A DNA stretch of 64,000 nucleotides from Octopus vulgaris (Eukaryota), in NCBI GenBank assembly GCA_951406725.2, contig OX597824.1, forward strand, positions 89,838,001 through 89,902,000, given 5' to 3'. Below the pieces are notes generated by a model that was not told the DNA's origin, did not search any database, and saw only the letters and a program-made list of their open reading frames with translations. Numbering within the stretch: position 1 is the stretch's first letter; each line of letters begins with the position of its first letter. Position numbers and translations under genes: made by a program. Positions 1 through 13,175 of the stretch are shown here, one piece after another.

Positions 1-529
1 TTCGTCAACGGAAGAGTTTGCTGTAACATATTGAATAGCTGACTTAAATTTGGAATGAGACGAGTGGGCGTAGCTATTTGGACGCTGATGACGTGGCGCA
101 GCTGACTGATTGGTGACACTTCGTTCATCCTGTTTCGTGACACTACATTCTGGCGTTGAAGGCAAACGCATGCACGCACGCACACACACACACACACACG
201 CACACATACACACACGCACACAAAAACACACGCACACGCTCACACATGCGCAGAAGTATGCACATACGGATAGAGTCTATTTGCTTCTATTGATTTTACA
301 GGAGACTTGTAAACGAGCGCACCGTGAAACAGACAATATCATTGATTTTTCAATCTTCCATGAAAATATGTCCGATCAAGGTGAGGGTGGAGGTGGTATT
401 ACCGGAGTTGGAAACAAGAGAAGGTGAGCAACAGGAAAGACATCCAACCGTAGAAAATCTGCCTCAAAGAATTCTGATTCTTCTTTATAAACATGGAAAA
501 ATATCAATTTAGAAATATCGGTGAAGGTG

Positions 530-715
530 TACATTAGTACACCGGATAAAATGCTTAGCGGCATTTCGTCCGTCTTGACGTTCTGAGTTCAAATTCTGCC
601 AAGGTTGACTTTACCTCTCATACGGGTCGATAAATTTATCACCAGTTATGCACTGGGATCGATGTTATCGACTTACGACCTCCCCGAAGTTGCTGGCCTG
701 GAACCAAACTTTGAA
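530..715 (+). mobile_element. SINE family B (tRNA-like head plus Meta/MESC-like central domain), diverged copy
   Basis: B-box-like GAGTTCAAATTC followed by GTTGACTTTACCTCTCAT..GGTCGATAAATT; same motif recurs many times in the window. Confidence 0.7.
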
Positions 716-1029
716 AGCAATTTAAAAACGACGGCGAGTGCCCATGCGCCGCTCTAAGTTGAAACCGGTCAAAATGAATAAATACGTAAATACCGTATTT
801 TCGGACCCTTAAGACTCGCCCCACTTTTGGTAGACATTCCGGTGAAGATAAAAATGCAGAAAACTCCAGAATGCCTCTGTCTACCCGAAATCTGACCCTT
901 TATTTTGCCTCTTTTATCTTTTACTTGCTTCAGTCATTGAACTGCCGGCATCCTGGAGCACCGCCTCGATAGATTTAGTTTTAAAAATCATCCCCAGAAG
1001 ATCTTTTAGTTTGTTTTTAAAATTTTTTT

Positions 1030-1396
1030 TTATTCTTTTACTTTTTCAGTCATTTGACTGCGGCCATGCTGGAGCACCGCCTTTAGTCGAGCAAATCGAC
1101 TCCAGGACTTATTCCTTGTAAGCCTAGTACTTATTCTATCGGTCCCTTAGGCCAAACTGCTAGGTTACGGGGCCGTGAACACACCAACATCGGTTGTCAA
1201 GCGATGTTGGGGGGACAAACACAGACACACACACATATACGACGGGCTTCTTTTAGTTTTCCTCTACCAAATCCACTCACAAGGCTTTGGTCGGTCCGGG
1301 GCTATAATAGAAGACACCTGCTCAATGTGCCACGTAGTGGGACTGAACCCGGAACCATGTGGTTGGTAAGCAACCTACTTACCACACAGCCACTCC
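1030..1396 (-). mobile_element. SINE family A (tRNA head, internal (TA)/(TG) microsatellite, GCTCCAGCATGGCCGCAGTC tail)
   Basis: Reverse complement of GGAGTGGCTGTGTGGTAAG..GGTTCAGTCCC..GAGTGGATTTGGTAGA..AAAGGCGGTGCTCCAGCATGGCCGCAGTCAAATGACTGAAA; many homologous copies in the window. Confidence 0.85.
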
Positions 1397-1566
1397 TTTT
1401 TTTTATTTTGTAAAGTCTGGTACTTAATCTATCCGTTCCTTTTTGCTCAAGCAGTAGCGGAGGACAAACACAGACACATCTATCTATCTATATAGATAGA
1501 TATCTATCTATATATGTATACATAAATCCGTAGAATGTTAGCAAAGACGGTGTGTGGAGTTAAATA

Positions 1567-2360
1567 ATCTTTTCTACTCTAGGAACACAACCCAAAATTT
1601 TGGTGGGGAGGGGGCCAATCAATTAGATCGATCCCAGTGGTCAACTGGTACTTAATTTATCGATAAAATGCAAAGTCGACCTCAGCGAAATTTGAACTCA
1701 GAACGTAAAGACAAACGAAATATCGCTAAGCATTTCGCCCGGTGTGCTAACGTTTCGTATTTTTTTTATTGCCCACAAGGGGCTAAACATAGAGGGGACA
1801 AACTAGGACAGAGAAACGGATTATGTCGATTACATTGACCCCAGTTCGTAACTGGTATTTATTTAATCGACCCCGAAAGGATGAAAGGCAAAGTCGACAT
1901 CGGCGGAATTTGAACTCAGAACGTAGCGGCAGACGTTATACCTATTTCTTTACTACCCACAAGGGGGTAGACACAGAAGGAACACACAAGAACAGACAAA
2001 CGGATTAAGTCGATTATATCGACACCAGTGCGTAACTGGTACTTATTTAATCGACCTCGAAAGGATGAAAGGCAAAGTTGAAACTCTGCGGAATTTGAAC
2101 TCAGAACGTTGCGGCAGAGGAAATACCAATTTCTTTACTACCCACAAGTGACTAAACACAGAGGGGACAAACAAGGACAGACAAACGGATTAAGTCGATT
2201 ATATCGACCACAGTGCGTAACTGGTACTTATTTAATCGACCCCGAAAGGATGAAAGGGGGAGTCGACTTCGGTGGAATTTGAACTCAGAACGTAGCGGCA
2301 GACGAAATACCGCTAAGCGTTTAGCCCGGCGTGCTAACGTTTCTGCCAACTCGCCGCCGC
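1567..2360 (-). mobile_element. Tandem array of about 4 SINE family B units
   Basis: AATTTGAACTCAGAACGT recurs near 1690, 1908, 2092 and 2276; only the rightmost internal unit keeps the full head. Confidence 0.8.
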
Positions 2361-2659
2361 CTTGTATGACGCTAAATCATATATTCAAAAGACACACAAT
2401 ATATCGTCCAGTTATCGTCACTTTCTGTCGAGCTTTGTTTGCATGGTAGTTTCCTTGTTCGTTTGCTCGGTAAACTTCTGGAAATTCTTACAGATTTTTA
2501 CAGTTCCAGTGATGAACTGGATCTGTAGCTTTCGAATTAGCTTTCTCCTTTCCGGCGTTGAGAAGCTTAATTTCTCAAGATTGATATTATATCAATCTTG
2601 AGAAATTAGGCTTCTCAAATCTGAAAAGGCAGTGTATAACATCCCAGGGCCCCAGTGTG

Positions 2660-3157
2660 ATTGTGACCTCCGTCGGTCATGAATGACCATGGAATTGCAC
2701 CTAGAAAGCTACCCTCCGAGGTACAAGTCTGGGCAAGATTGTATATGGAAGACCAGCAGCCGCCCACGCATACCAGCCTTCCTTCTCCACGTCACGCCAC
2801 CGATGTTATCCAAGGGAAAGGCAAAGGCTGATACAGCTTGGCACCATTGACGTGCAAGTGGCTGAGCACTCCACAGACACGTGTACCCTAAACGTAGTTC
2901 TCGAGGAGATTCAGCTGACACAGAGTGTGACAAGGCTGGCCCTTTGAAATTCAGGTACAACAGAAACAGGAAGAAAGAGTGAGAGAAAGTTGTGGTGAAA
3001 GAGTACAGCAGGGTTCACCACCACCCCCTGTCGGTTCGTCGTGGAGCTTTAGGTGTTTTCGCTCAATAAACACTCGCAATGCCCGGTCTGGGAATCGAAA
3101 CCGCGATCCTACGACCGCAAGTCCGCTGCCCTAACCAATGGGCCATTGCGCCTCCAC
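2660..3157 (-). mobile_element. SINE family C (tRNA head, 2850-3157) abutting a family D tail (2660-2850)
   Basis: rc head GTGGAGGCGCAATGGCCCA-TGGTTAGGGCAGCGGAC..GGTTTCGATTCCC; 2660-2850 matches 27180-27365. Confidence 0.8.
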
Positions 3158-3229
3158 AATAATTATAGGTATAATTACAGGGCCCCAGTTATTATAGGTA
3201 TAAACCTGATCTTGTAATCTGGATAGAGT

Positions 3230-3785
3230 AACTGCAGATTTCTCCATAGTTCAGCATTTCTCAATAGTTCATCCAAGTCTTATGATGTTTTCAGCCTAAT
3301 GTGTGCAAACTTGGTAACCGGATGCACTTCGACATTTGGTGGCTAAAAGATGCCGAAAGGATATGACGCAGCATTCAAAGGCATTTTTGATCGATGTTAA
3401 GCCTCTTCCGCCTTGTTTTCGTTTTATGTAGGGGCGGTCTACGCCACTGTTTATGTGGAAATTATGTGTGCTTGTTAGTATTTTTCGGGTTTTCACATCA
3501 ATGGTTCGGATCTCACCATGGGTCCAATTAAGCGGCCCAAATTTTGGTATGAGTATTGGCACTGCAAACACATTGTGGGCCAGTTTTATTGAATGCAGAG
3601 AGTTCTGAGGTCCAAATTTTCTTTATTCGGCTGTAATATTTAGTGACACGTGTTTTGTTACAGGTGCGATTGTAAGACATGTTTTAATCCACCCTTAGAT
3701 ACCTGTAACATTGCTCGTCAGATACACGGTAAACAGCCAAATTATTGACGGAGATGTTACTAGTCTGACTTATCGTTTTCCCCCT
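3230..3785 (-). pseudogene. Degenerate R4/Dong-like (RLE-type) non-LTR retrotransposon RT fragment
   Basis: FAVPILIPKFGPLNWTHGEIRTIDVKTRKILT..FHINSGVDRPYIKRKQGGRGL resembles the R4/Dong RT-thumb motif (..DVDRLYxxRKxGGRGL); upstream YRYL motif; frame broken. Confidence 0.75.
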
Positions 3786-3791
3786 TTGTGC

Positions 3792-3822
<31 letters not shown>

Positions 3823-4087
3823 TGTATGCGTGTATGTATGTATGTATGTATGTATGTATGTATGTATGTATGCATGTATGTATGTATGTATGCATGTATG
3901 TATGTATGTATGCATGTATGTATGTATGTATGTATTTATGTATGTATGTATGTATGTATGTATGTATGTATGTATGTATGTATGTATGTATGTATGTATG
4001 TATGTATGTATGTATGTATGTATGTATATCATAGTTTTATTTCCAGATTCCTTGGTAATAGAGAAAGAATATATATATATATATATA

Positions 4088-4671
4088 CTAGCTTAAGGTG
4101 ACCCGCTCTACGCGCGGGTGAGAGTGTGGTTGTTACCTTCTGTTGCTTCCTTTCTCTTTCTTATCGCCACATTCTCCTTCTTTGTTTTTCTCTCCTTTCT
4201 CTCTCACTTTCCCACTCTCTTACTCTTCCTTTCTCTCGGACTCTCCCTCGCTTTCTCTTACTCTCTATCTTTCTCTATCTATCTCTTTCCCATTTATAAA
4301 AAAGACAAAGATCTTGAGTAAGTTGAGAAAGAAAATATTTTGAAAGCTCAATCATAAATATCAGGCAGTGACAACGGAAAGCACAATTGGCATTTGTACG
4401 TGCCACTATTCGAGCGATTTAAAATAAGGAGAAAAAGGATTTCGTTGTTAAATTTAGTACTTATTTTGGGAATTTTTCGACGATTTACCATGCAAATGAA
4501 TGCTCTAAACACGGGCTACATGCAGCTGTAAATTTCTTTCCGAAAAAATGAAAACTGTAAACAATAAAAAATAAAAGGCAAAAATACGTAAAAATGAGAA
4601 ACAGCCCCAAAATGAGACAAATAACCAAGAAATCAAACAACTTTTTTGCATTTCAGTTTTATAGATATTGA
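4088..4671 (-). mobile_element. Non-autonomous Helitron
   Basis: Minus strand starts A|TC (4671-4670) and ends in hairpin ACCCGC-GCGTAGA-GCGGGT, then CTAG|T (4091-4088); no TSD; A/T insertion site. Confidence 0.75.
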
Positions 4672-4989
4672 TTACCGTCTCTAATGTCTAGGGGTTGATG
4701 ACGATAATATATTAAGATTAGCGGGAATATTTAAACTTTTGCGGCTATCAAAGCTTTATATAGATACAGACAGACGTACGGTGAGAGAGGTGGTGGGAGA
4801 AAGAGTGACAGAGAGACGGCGAAGCTGTCAAACGTCGTTATAGAGAGAATGTGGAGGGAAGGAAGGAAAGAGAGAGACGGAGGAAGAGAGGGTGATGTGC
4901 GAAAGGGAGAAACGACAAACACTTGTCAAAGTGTGGGTTTTGTTGCCCTAGTAACCAATCCGACCCCATCTAGTGCCCCTTAACCTGTT

Positions 4990-5300
4990 CCAATCGCAAA
5001 ATGAGACAAACAAACTTTTCGCATTTCAGCTTTATAGATATTGACTAGTTTAAGGTGACCCGCTCTACGCGCGGGTGAGGGTATGGTTGTTACTTTCTGT
5101 TGCTTTCCTTCTGTTTCTTATCGCCACATTCTCCCTCTTTGTGTCTCTCTCTTCCTTTCTCTCGGACGCTCCCTTGCTTTCTCTTACTCTCTATCTTTAT
5201 CAATCTCTCTCTTATTTATAAAAAATTAGATTTCCGCGCTTAAATTACAAATCCGCTTCCACTTTACCATGATGAAAATTAGATTGAAATCGGGCAAAAG
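4990..5300 (-). mobile_element. Further copies of the same Helitron joined head-to-tail at 5044/5045
   Basis: 5045-5225 repeats 4088-4300 (3' end with hairpin and CTAG); 4998-5044 repeats 4608-4671 (5' end). Confidence 0.7.
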
Positions 5301-5312
5301 GTGTCCAATCTT

Positions 5313-5746
5313 AAAATGACTTAGTGGTTCACCAATCGAGATCGATGAAATAACTTAGTGGTTCGCCAAAGGATATCGATAAAATAACTTAGAGGTTCGC
5401 CAAAAGTGATCGATAAAACAACTTAGCGATTCGCCAAATGTGATCGATAAACTAACTTAGTGGTTTACCAATCGTTTCGATAAAATAACTTAGTGGTTCA
5501 CCAAAGGAGATCGATGAAATAACTTAGCGGTTCGCCAAAGGAGATCGAAAATATAACTTAGCTGCTCGCCAAAGGGGATCGATTACATAATCTAGCGGTT
5601 CGCCAATCGTGATCGATAAAATAATCTAGCAGTTCGCCAAAGGAGATCGATAAAATAACTTAGCGGTTCGGCAGAAGAGTCCGGTAGAATAAGTACTAGG
5701 CTTACATAGGCTAAGTCATGGGTTTGATTTGTTCGACTAAAGGCGT
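5313..5746 (+). repeat. 31-bp minisatellite (about 12 units) running into a SINE family A tail
   Basis: Unit AAAATAACTTAG(C/T)GGTTCGCCAAAGGAGATCGAT; last unit continues as GAATAAGTACTAGGCTTACA..CGACTAAAGGCG. Confidence 0.85.
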
Positions 5747-6019
5747 ACCTATCCGTTTAGATCACCTAAAACCTCCCATATTCCATATGTATGTATTTAT
5801 GTGAGTGTGTTTGGTTACGCATGCATTTATTTATATATAGATATATGACTGTATAGGTGTGGTATGACAACTTATATACTCGACTCTTGAGTAGATGTAC
5901 TTTATCTTTGGGTTTTTTGCTTTTAGAAATCTTATGATCTCTGCTGATTAAAAGGTTAAGTATTACACACACGCGCACATGTACATATATAACTATACAT
6001 ACATGTATGCACATATATA

Positions 6020-6224
6020 TATTCTTTTAGTCTTTTAATTGTTTCAGTCATTTGACTTGGCCATGCTGGAGCACCGCCTTTAGTCGAGCAAATCGACACC
6101 AGGACTTATTCTTTGTAAGCCTAGTACTTATTCTATCGGTCTCATTTTGCCGAAACGGTAAGTTACGAGGACGTAAACACACCACCATCGGTTGTCAAAC
6201 GCAAACACATAAATACGCACACGC

Positions 6225-6304
<80 letters not shown>

Positions 6305-6468
6305 GACGGGCTTCTTTCAGTTTCCCTCTACTAAATCCACTCACAAAGCTTTGGTCGGCCCGAAGCTATGGTAGAAGACACTTGCCCAAGGTGCCACGCA
6401 GTGGGAATGAACCCGGAACCATGTGGTTGGTAACCAAGCTACTTACCACACAGCCACTCCTACGACTA
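6020..6468 (-). mobile_element. SINE family A, full length
   Basis: Head, internal (TA)n and tail all present. Confidence 0.85.
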
Positions 6469-6854
6469 TATATATATGAATATATATATATATAAAATAT
6501 ATATATACACACACATACATGCATACATACATACATACATGCATACAGACATACATACATACATACATACACGATGCTCAAATAATATTCACTCTAACAC
6601 ACGCACATATACGCATATGTATGTGTGTGCGTGTATATACATACATGTATGTTCGTATATATATATATAATGTCTGTAGGTGTATACGTATGGATGCGTT
6701 GATGCATATGCATATATTGCCAACATATGCATATGTACGCTCATGTGAACGCGAACATGGACGTATGCACATGGATGGGTTATACGCCGAACGCCAACAT
6801 TTTTATGGCGGTTGTGTTATTAATCCTACGCAGTTTCCCCCCCCCCGTTTGATT

Positions 6855-7113
6855 TTCGTCGTCATCATCATCATCGTCGTCGTCGTCGTCGTCGTCGTCA
6901 TCATCATCATCATTATCATCATCATCGTCATCGTCGTCGTCATCATCATCATCATCATCATCATCATCGTCATCGTCATCGTTATCATCGTCATCGTCAT
7001 CGTCATCGTCATCATCATCATCATCGTCGTCGTCATCGTCATCTTCCTCACTTCCACGGTGCCACTATTGCCGCTACCACCAACCTCACCACAATCGCTA
7101 TTGTCACCGCCGT

Positions 7114-7170
<57 letters not shown>

Positions 7171-7285
7171 AACTACCACTACTACCACCACCACCACTAC
7201 AACAACAACTACTACTACTACTGCTACCACCACCGCCACCACCACCACCACCACCACCACCACCACTACCACCACCACCACCACC

Positions 7286-7344
<59 letters not shown>

Positions 7345-7345
7345 C
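6855..7345. repeat. Compound trinucleotide microsatellite (CAT/CGT, CTA, CCA)
   Basis: Direct inspection. Confidence 0.95.
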
Positions 7346-8102
7346 GGTACCACTGCAGCTGCTGCTAAGACCATAGTCTGTAGTACAATGTAATAACAAG
7401 TAGCAGACGACAGAAGCACGTGCTTTTGCGGTTGGCGTGCAGTAGCAAGGAGTGATGGTATGAGGTAGTAAGGGCAAAGAAAGGGTAGGAGGGAGAAGGA
7501 GAGATAGGAAGGAAATGAGAGAGGAATGAGTGAGGGGGTGAGTGAGTGAGTGAGTGAGGAAAATTGAGAGAGAAAGAGAGAGAGAGGGGGGCAACAGAGG
7601 GGGAGAGATATATTAAGTCGTTTTCTATTTGAGGAACCGGCAAACGACCGGAAAACTCCAGTTATAAACCGCTTCTTAAGCCGTTCGCTCTCTCTCTCAC
7701 ACACACACTCTCTCTCTATATATATATATATACGTTTCTCCTTCCCTCTCTCTCTCCCTCTCACTTTCTCTCTCTCTTTATATACCCCCTCCCTTTTCTC
7801 CCCACCTCTCCGTCTTTCTCTCTCCTCCCTCTTCTCTCTATGTATATCTCTTTACCTCTCTCTCTCCCCCTCTCCTTCTCCCTCTCCCTTTTTCTCCCCC
7901 CTCTCTCTCTCGCTATATATATATATATATTGATAAAAAGAAAGAGACCTCGATATTATGTAAATAGAGGAATTTATCTGTAAATGTAATATGTGACAAT
8001 TATTTGGTAGCCTTGACAAAACTCCGAGTTTCGGATGCCGGGGTGGAAATCCACGCCGGATAACTGAAGAGATGGCGGAAACTGGAAGAAGCTCGTCGTA
8101 TA

Positions 8103-8162
<60 letters not shown>

Positions 8163-8433
8163 CGTGTGTGTGTGTGTGTGCGTGTGCGTGTGTGTGTTTG
8201 TTCTCCTACCATCGCTTGACAAACGATGCTGGTATGTTTACATCCCCGTAACTTAGCGGTTCGGCAAAAGGAGACCGATAGAATAAGTACTGGGCTTACA
8301 AAGTATAAGTCCTGGGGTCGACTAAAGGTGGTGCTCCAGCATGGCCGCAGTCAAATGACAGAAACAAATAAAAGAATATATAGGGTCCTACGTATTTGTG
8401 CGCTCAAGCACGCGCACACACACACACACACAA

Positions 8434-8466
<33 letters not shown>

Positions 8467-8944
8467 ACTCACACACTCACACATATATGTCCGTATTCCG
8501 GATCTAAATATTTAAAAATATCTCAAAATATTTTCCCCTCCCATGGAATTCTTTATTAAATCCTTTGCGCTTACAACAATTTCTTTTCCTGAAGTATCAA
8601 ATTTCCAGCATCTCTACCCCACCCCACTCACACACACACACACACAACCATGCTCTCTCACATACAGGCGCGCACGCGCACATCACGTAGACACACAGAC
8701 ATGCACGCATACTGAGAGCGAAATACCCGAGTATCGTACCTATTTCTTTATTACCCACACGGGGCTAAACACAGAGAGGACAAACAAGGACAGACATAGG
8801 TATTAAGTCGATTACATTGACCCCAGTGCGTAACTGTTACTTAATTTATCGACCCCGAAAGGATGAAAAGCAAAGTCGACCTCGGCGGAATTTGAACTCA
8901 CAACGTAACGACAGACGAAATAAGGCTACGCATTCAGTTTCAGT

Positions 8945-9181
8945 GCATGCCACCTTGTGTAAGTGTCCCGGTTTCCCGTTTTTTATGGCGTATACGTTCC
9001 CCAGCTGGGCGGGACGCCAGTCCATCGCAGCGTTATTCATTTTTGCCAGCTGAGTGGACTGGAGCAACGTGAAATGAAGTGTTTTGCTCAAGAACACAAC
9101 GCGTCGCCCGTGCCAGGAATCGAAACCACAAACTTACGATCATGATGCTGACACCCTAACCACTAAGCCACGCGCCTCCAC
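8945..9181 (-). mobile_element. SINE family D variant: tRNA head, CORE-like block, V-domain-like block
   Basis: rc GTGGAGGCGCGTGGCTTAGTGGTTAGG..GTTTCGATTCC..TTCTTGAGCAAAACACTT..CTCCAGTCCACTCAGCTG..CTGCGATGGACTGGCGTCCC; domain names assigned from recalled consensus. Confidence 0.7.
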
Positions 9182-9392
9182 TATGTTCTGAATGGCGTCT
9201 GTAAAATAAATAAGTAAAATTTTTACTTTTTAGTAACTTTTATCTCTTAGTTGTAGAGAGATGTCGAAAACCTAGCCACAGTTGTTGGTGACTCTGAAAG
9301 AACAGGAGCGATAATCTCAAAATTGGTAATTTATCTCTGAAATGCAAATGACCTCGGCCATAAAGGCACGGCTGCAGGAGATAAGGTTGAAG

Positions 9393-9437
9393 GTTGTGCT
9401 AATGACGCATATTGAGCCCGAAACACGAGTCCACAAC
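9393..9437 (+). ncRNA. Type I hammerhead ribozyme relic (G5A core variant) in a Penelope-like terminal repeat
   Basis: GUUGUG-CUAAUGA-[stem II, degenerate]-GAAAC-ACGA-GUC-CACAAC; 6-bp stem I; outer GGAGAUAAG/CUUAUCUCC pairing. Confidence 0.65.
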
Positions 9438-9746
9438 TGTCCTCTTATCTCCAGCCGATAACCTTTTCTTTAATGCTTTTGTCGTTGGTGTTTTGAAATT
9501 ATCTCCCTTCCTCATATGGAACTGGTCTTAATTGTCATTTGGTAATTAAGATACATCCTCAAGAGACGGAGATAATTCTAAGAAATCAAGTATGTATCTT
9601 TTATTGTAATTGTTATATCTGTATTTGTCTGTTGTTCAAATACATGCCACTGGCCATTCTCAGTTAATTTTCTTAACTCATTCTTGCTTAATTTACATAC
9701 TTAGGGCAAGAAGCGTTCTGATCCTTGTGTGCAGAGAAAGGACCAA

Positions 9747-9784
9747 CTACGGATGTTTCGGCGTACTGTGCCTCATCAGTGTAG
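9747..9784 (-). ncRNA. Minimal hammerhead ribozyme motif
   Basis: rc CUACA-CUGAUGA-GGC-ACAGUAC-GCC-GAAACAUC-CGUAG; both core boxes intact; stems I and III imperfect. Confidence 0.6.
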
Positions 9785-10067
9785 ACTATGAATACGGTCT
9801 TATGATGCCTATCGACCAAACTGACTTACATGTAAATAATATAAATCTACTTTGAGACTAATTCCTAACATCTTGGAATTATCTCCCTCTATTTTGAGAG
9901 CTGCTAACAATTATCGTTGGAAAGAAATTCCAATTAACAATTTCTTGCGCGATCCAAATTCATGTTATTAGCCGGTTTGAGTTATTCCCCTTAGCTTGTA
10001 TTCTCTTTGATTTTGTAAATAAATATTTTGTTGACCCAATTGTAAAATATAAGCCAAGGTATGTATT

Positions 10068-10247
10068 TAGGCAGGGGCATGGCTGTGTGGTAAGAAGTTT
10101 GCTTCCCAACCAGATGGTTCCGGGTTCAGTCCCACTACGTGGCACCTTGGTCAAGTGTCTCCTACTGTAGCCTCCAGCCGACAAAATCTTTGTGAGTGGA
10201 TTTGGTAGACGGAAACTGAAAGAAGCCCGTTGTATGTGTGCCTGCAT

Positions 10248-10292
<45 letters not shown>

Positions 10293-10475
10293 ACCCCTGC
10301 TTGATAACCAGTGATGGTGCTTAAACGCCCCTTAACGTAGCGGTTCGGCAAAAGACAACGATACAATAAACACCCGGCTTAAAAAAAAGATATCTACTGG
10401 AGTCGTTCGACTAAAACTTTTTCAAGGCGGTGCCCCAGCATATCCGCAGTCTAATGACTGAAACAAATAAAGGAT
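10068..10475 (+). mobile_element. SINE family A
   Basis: Homology to the other copies. Confidence 0.8.
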
Positions 10476-10654
10476 AAATATCAAACGATAAATTAACATA
10501 TGCCACGAGAGAACTGTGATTCTGGGAAATGGTTCCATTCTTAAAAGTACAAACAGAACCGCCTTCAACCGGAAAATTTAATTTGAGAAAATGCAAATTT
10601 ACACTTTTTATACACACTTGCAACAACAAAGTGATGAGGTGCGAATTCGGTTTA

Positions 10655-11067
10655 CTCTTTACTCTCTTTTACTTGTTTCAGTCATTTGACTGCGGCCATG
10701 CTGGAGCACCGCCTTTAGTCGAGCAAATCGACCCCGGGACTTATTCTTTTGTAAGCCCAGTACTTATTCTATCGGTCTCTTTTGCCGAACCGCTAAGTTA
10801 CGGGGACGCAATCACACCAGCATCGGTTGTCAAGCAATGCTAGAGGGACAAACACAGACACACAAACATATACATACACATACATACACATATATACATA
10901 TATACGACAGGCTTCTTTCAGTTTCCGTCTACCAAATCCACTCACAAGGCATTGGTCGGCCCAAGGCTATAGCAGAAGACACTTGCCCAAGATGCCACGC
11001 AGTGGGACTGAACCCAGAACCATGTGGTTGGTAAGCAAGCTACTTACCACGCAGCCACTCCTGCGCC
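10655..11067 (-). mobile_element. SINE family A, full length
   Basis: Homology to the other copies; inverted relative to 10068-10475. Confidence 0.85.
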
Positions 11068-11574
11068 GGTTTGTATATTTTTTATTTAACTTCCAGTCAA
11101 GATAGCAGACAGTGCTTCTGATATTTTGGTGGCCGTTGAGGCTGATTTGAAGGATGGAGAGATGCATCTGTCACATAAAGATATGGCCCGAATGCTTGTA
11201 CCGTAGCGGATTTCCGCTAAAGGAACATGAGGTGCTGGGTAGTGGTGTCGAGCCGTGCCACAGATGAATCTGTCACCCAAGTAGGTCATAGCGATGATGG
11301 AATTTGAACTCAGGATGTGAAAAACCGGGACAGATTCTGCAAGTCAGCCAATCCGATGTTCTCACATTCCCGGAGGCAAGCTTAACTCCTTTTTTTTATT
11401 AATACTTTTTAATGGACCTCGAAAAGATGAAAAGCAAAGGAGACCCTCGGCACAATCTGAATTCTGAGCGAATGGTCGAAACAAATATTCCGTGGCGAAA
11501 CTCGAGAAAGAAAGAGAACAAGATTGAAATTGCGTCTACAAGAACAGATTTAACGGTACTCAAAGATATTAATA

Positions 11575-11978
11575 CTCTTTTACTTGTTTCAGTCATGTGA
11601 CTGACTGTGGCCATGTTGGTGCACCGCCTTTAGTCGAGCAAATCGACCCCAGGACTTATTCTTTGTAAGGGTAGTGCTTATTCTATCGGTTTTCTTTTTG
11701 TCGAATCGCTCAGTTACGGGGACGTAAACACACCAGCAACGGTTGTCAAGCGATGTTGAGGGGACAAACACAGACACACAAACATATGCACACACACATA
11801 TATATACATATATACGACGGGCTTCTTTCAGTTTCTGTCTTCTAAATCCTCTCACAAGGCTTTGGTCGGCCCGAGGCTTTAGTAGAAGACACTTATCCAA
11901 GTTGCCACACAGTGGGACTGAACCCTGAAACATACGGTTGGTAAGCAAGCTACTTACCACACAGCCACTCCTACGCCT
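11575..11978 (-). mobile_element. SINE family A, full length
   Basis: Homology to the other copies. Confidence 0.85.
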
Positions 11979-12714
11979 AAATATTTTTCAGAAATACTCC
12001 GAGAATGTACAGTAAAACAAAAGTCCCTTTTAGGCTTCTATAAACTATGTTTAGACCAACATAAATTAACATAATGTTATGGCAACTGAATTTTGTTGGC
12101 ATAGCTTCCTAACTACAAGATACCAAGTTCGATCCCATTGCAAGCGGGATTTAGGCAAATGTCATTTTCTATAACGGCGGATGGACATATGGCTTGTGAA
12201 AGAAATCGGGTAGGCGGAAACTCAACGACAATCCCTTCGGATGGATTGTACCTGTGATTTAAAAGGTCATCCTTGTCACACATTGTGACACGCGAATTCT
12301 GTTTGAGACCTGACGTAAAAGGTGCATGCGTCTGTGGAATGCTCTGCTACGCACGCGTTACTTCCTAAAAAGGAATGTCGATTCAGTTGTTCGAATATCT
12401 GAATCCTCCATGCCGAACGACGGAGATCCACAACTAGACTGAATTTAAGGTAAAAAAAGCCTAAAATTGTGTGTGTGCATGTGTGTGTATGTGTGTTGTG
12501 TGTTCTTTTATTCTTTTACTTGTTTCAGTCATTTGATTGCGGCCATGCTGGAGCACCGTCTTGAAGGTTTTTTAGTCGAAGAAATCAACCTCAGGATTTA
12601 TTTTTTAAAGCTTAGTACTTATTCTGTCCGTCTTTTTTGCTGAACCGCTAAGCTACGGAGACGTAAACGCAGCAACACCGGTTGTCAAACGGTGATGGAA
12701 AGGAGCAAACACAG

Positions 12715-12759
<45 letters not shown>

Positions 12760-12762
<3 letters not shown>

Positions 12763-13025
12763 CACGTGATCACGTGACCGACCAGTCCATCAGATGTAGT
12801 TACACATCGCTGGTCACAATGCGTACGCATTGTTTTAGCCTTCGAATGACGCCACCCCGCTGGCTAAGAAGAAAGAGTGGTGAAAGAGTACAGCAGGGAT
12901 CACCACCCCCAGCCGGAGTTTCGTGGAGCTTTTAGCTCAATAAACACTCACAACGCCCGGTCTGGGAATCGAAACTGCGTTCCTACGGTCGCGAGTCCGC
13001 TGCCCTTATATATATATATACATAC

Positions 13026-13056
<31 letters not shown>

Positions 13057-13057
13057 C

Positions 13058-13125
<68 letters not shown>

Positions 13126-13138
13126 CATACATATATAA

Positions 13139-13175
<37 letters not shown>

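Noticed and set aside
80-140. CTGATGA as a hammerhead (also 27680 and 35540 rc)
   Set aside because: No stem II followed by GAAA and no stem I partner.
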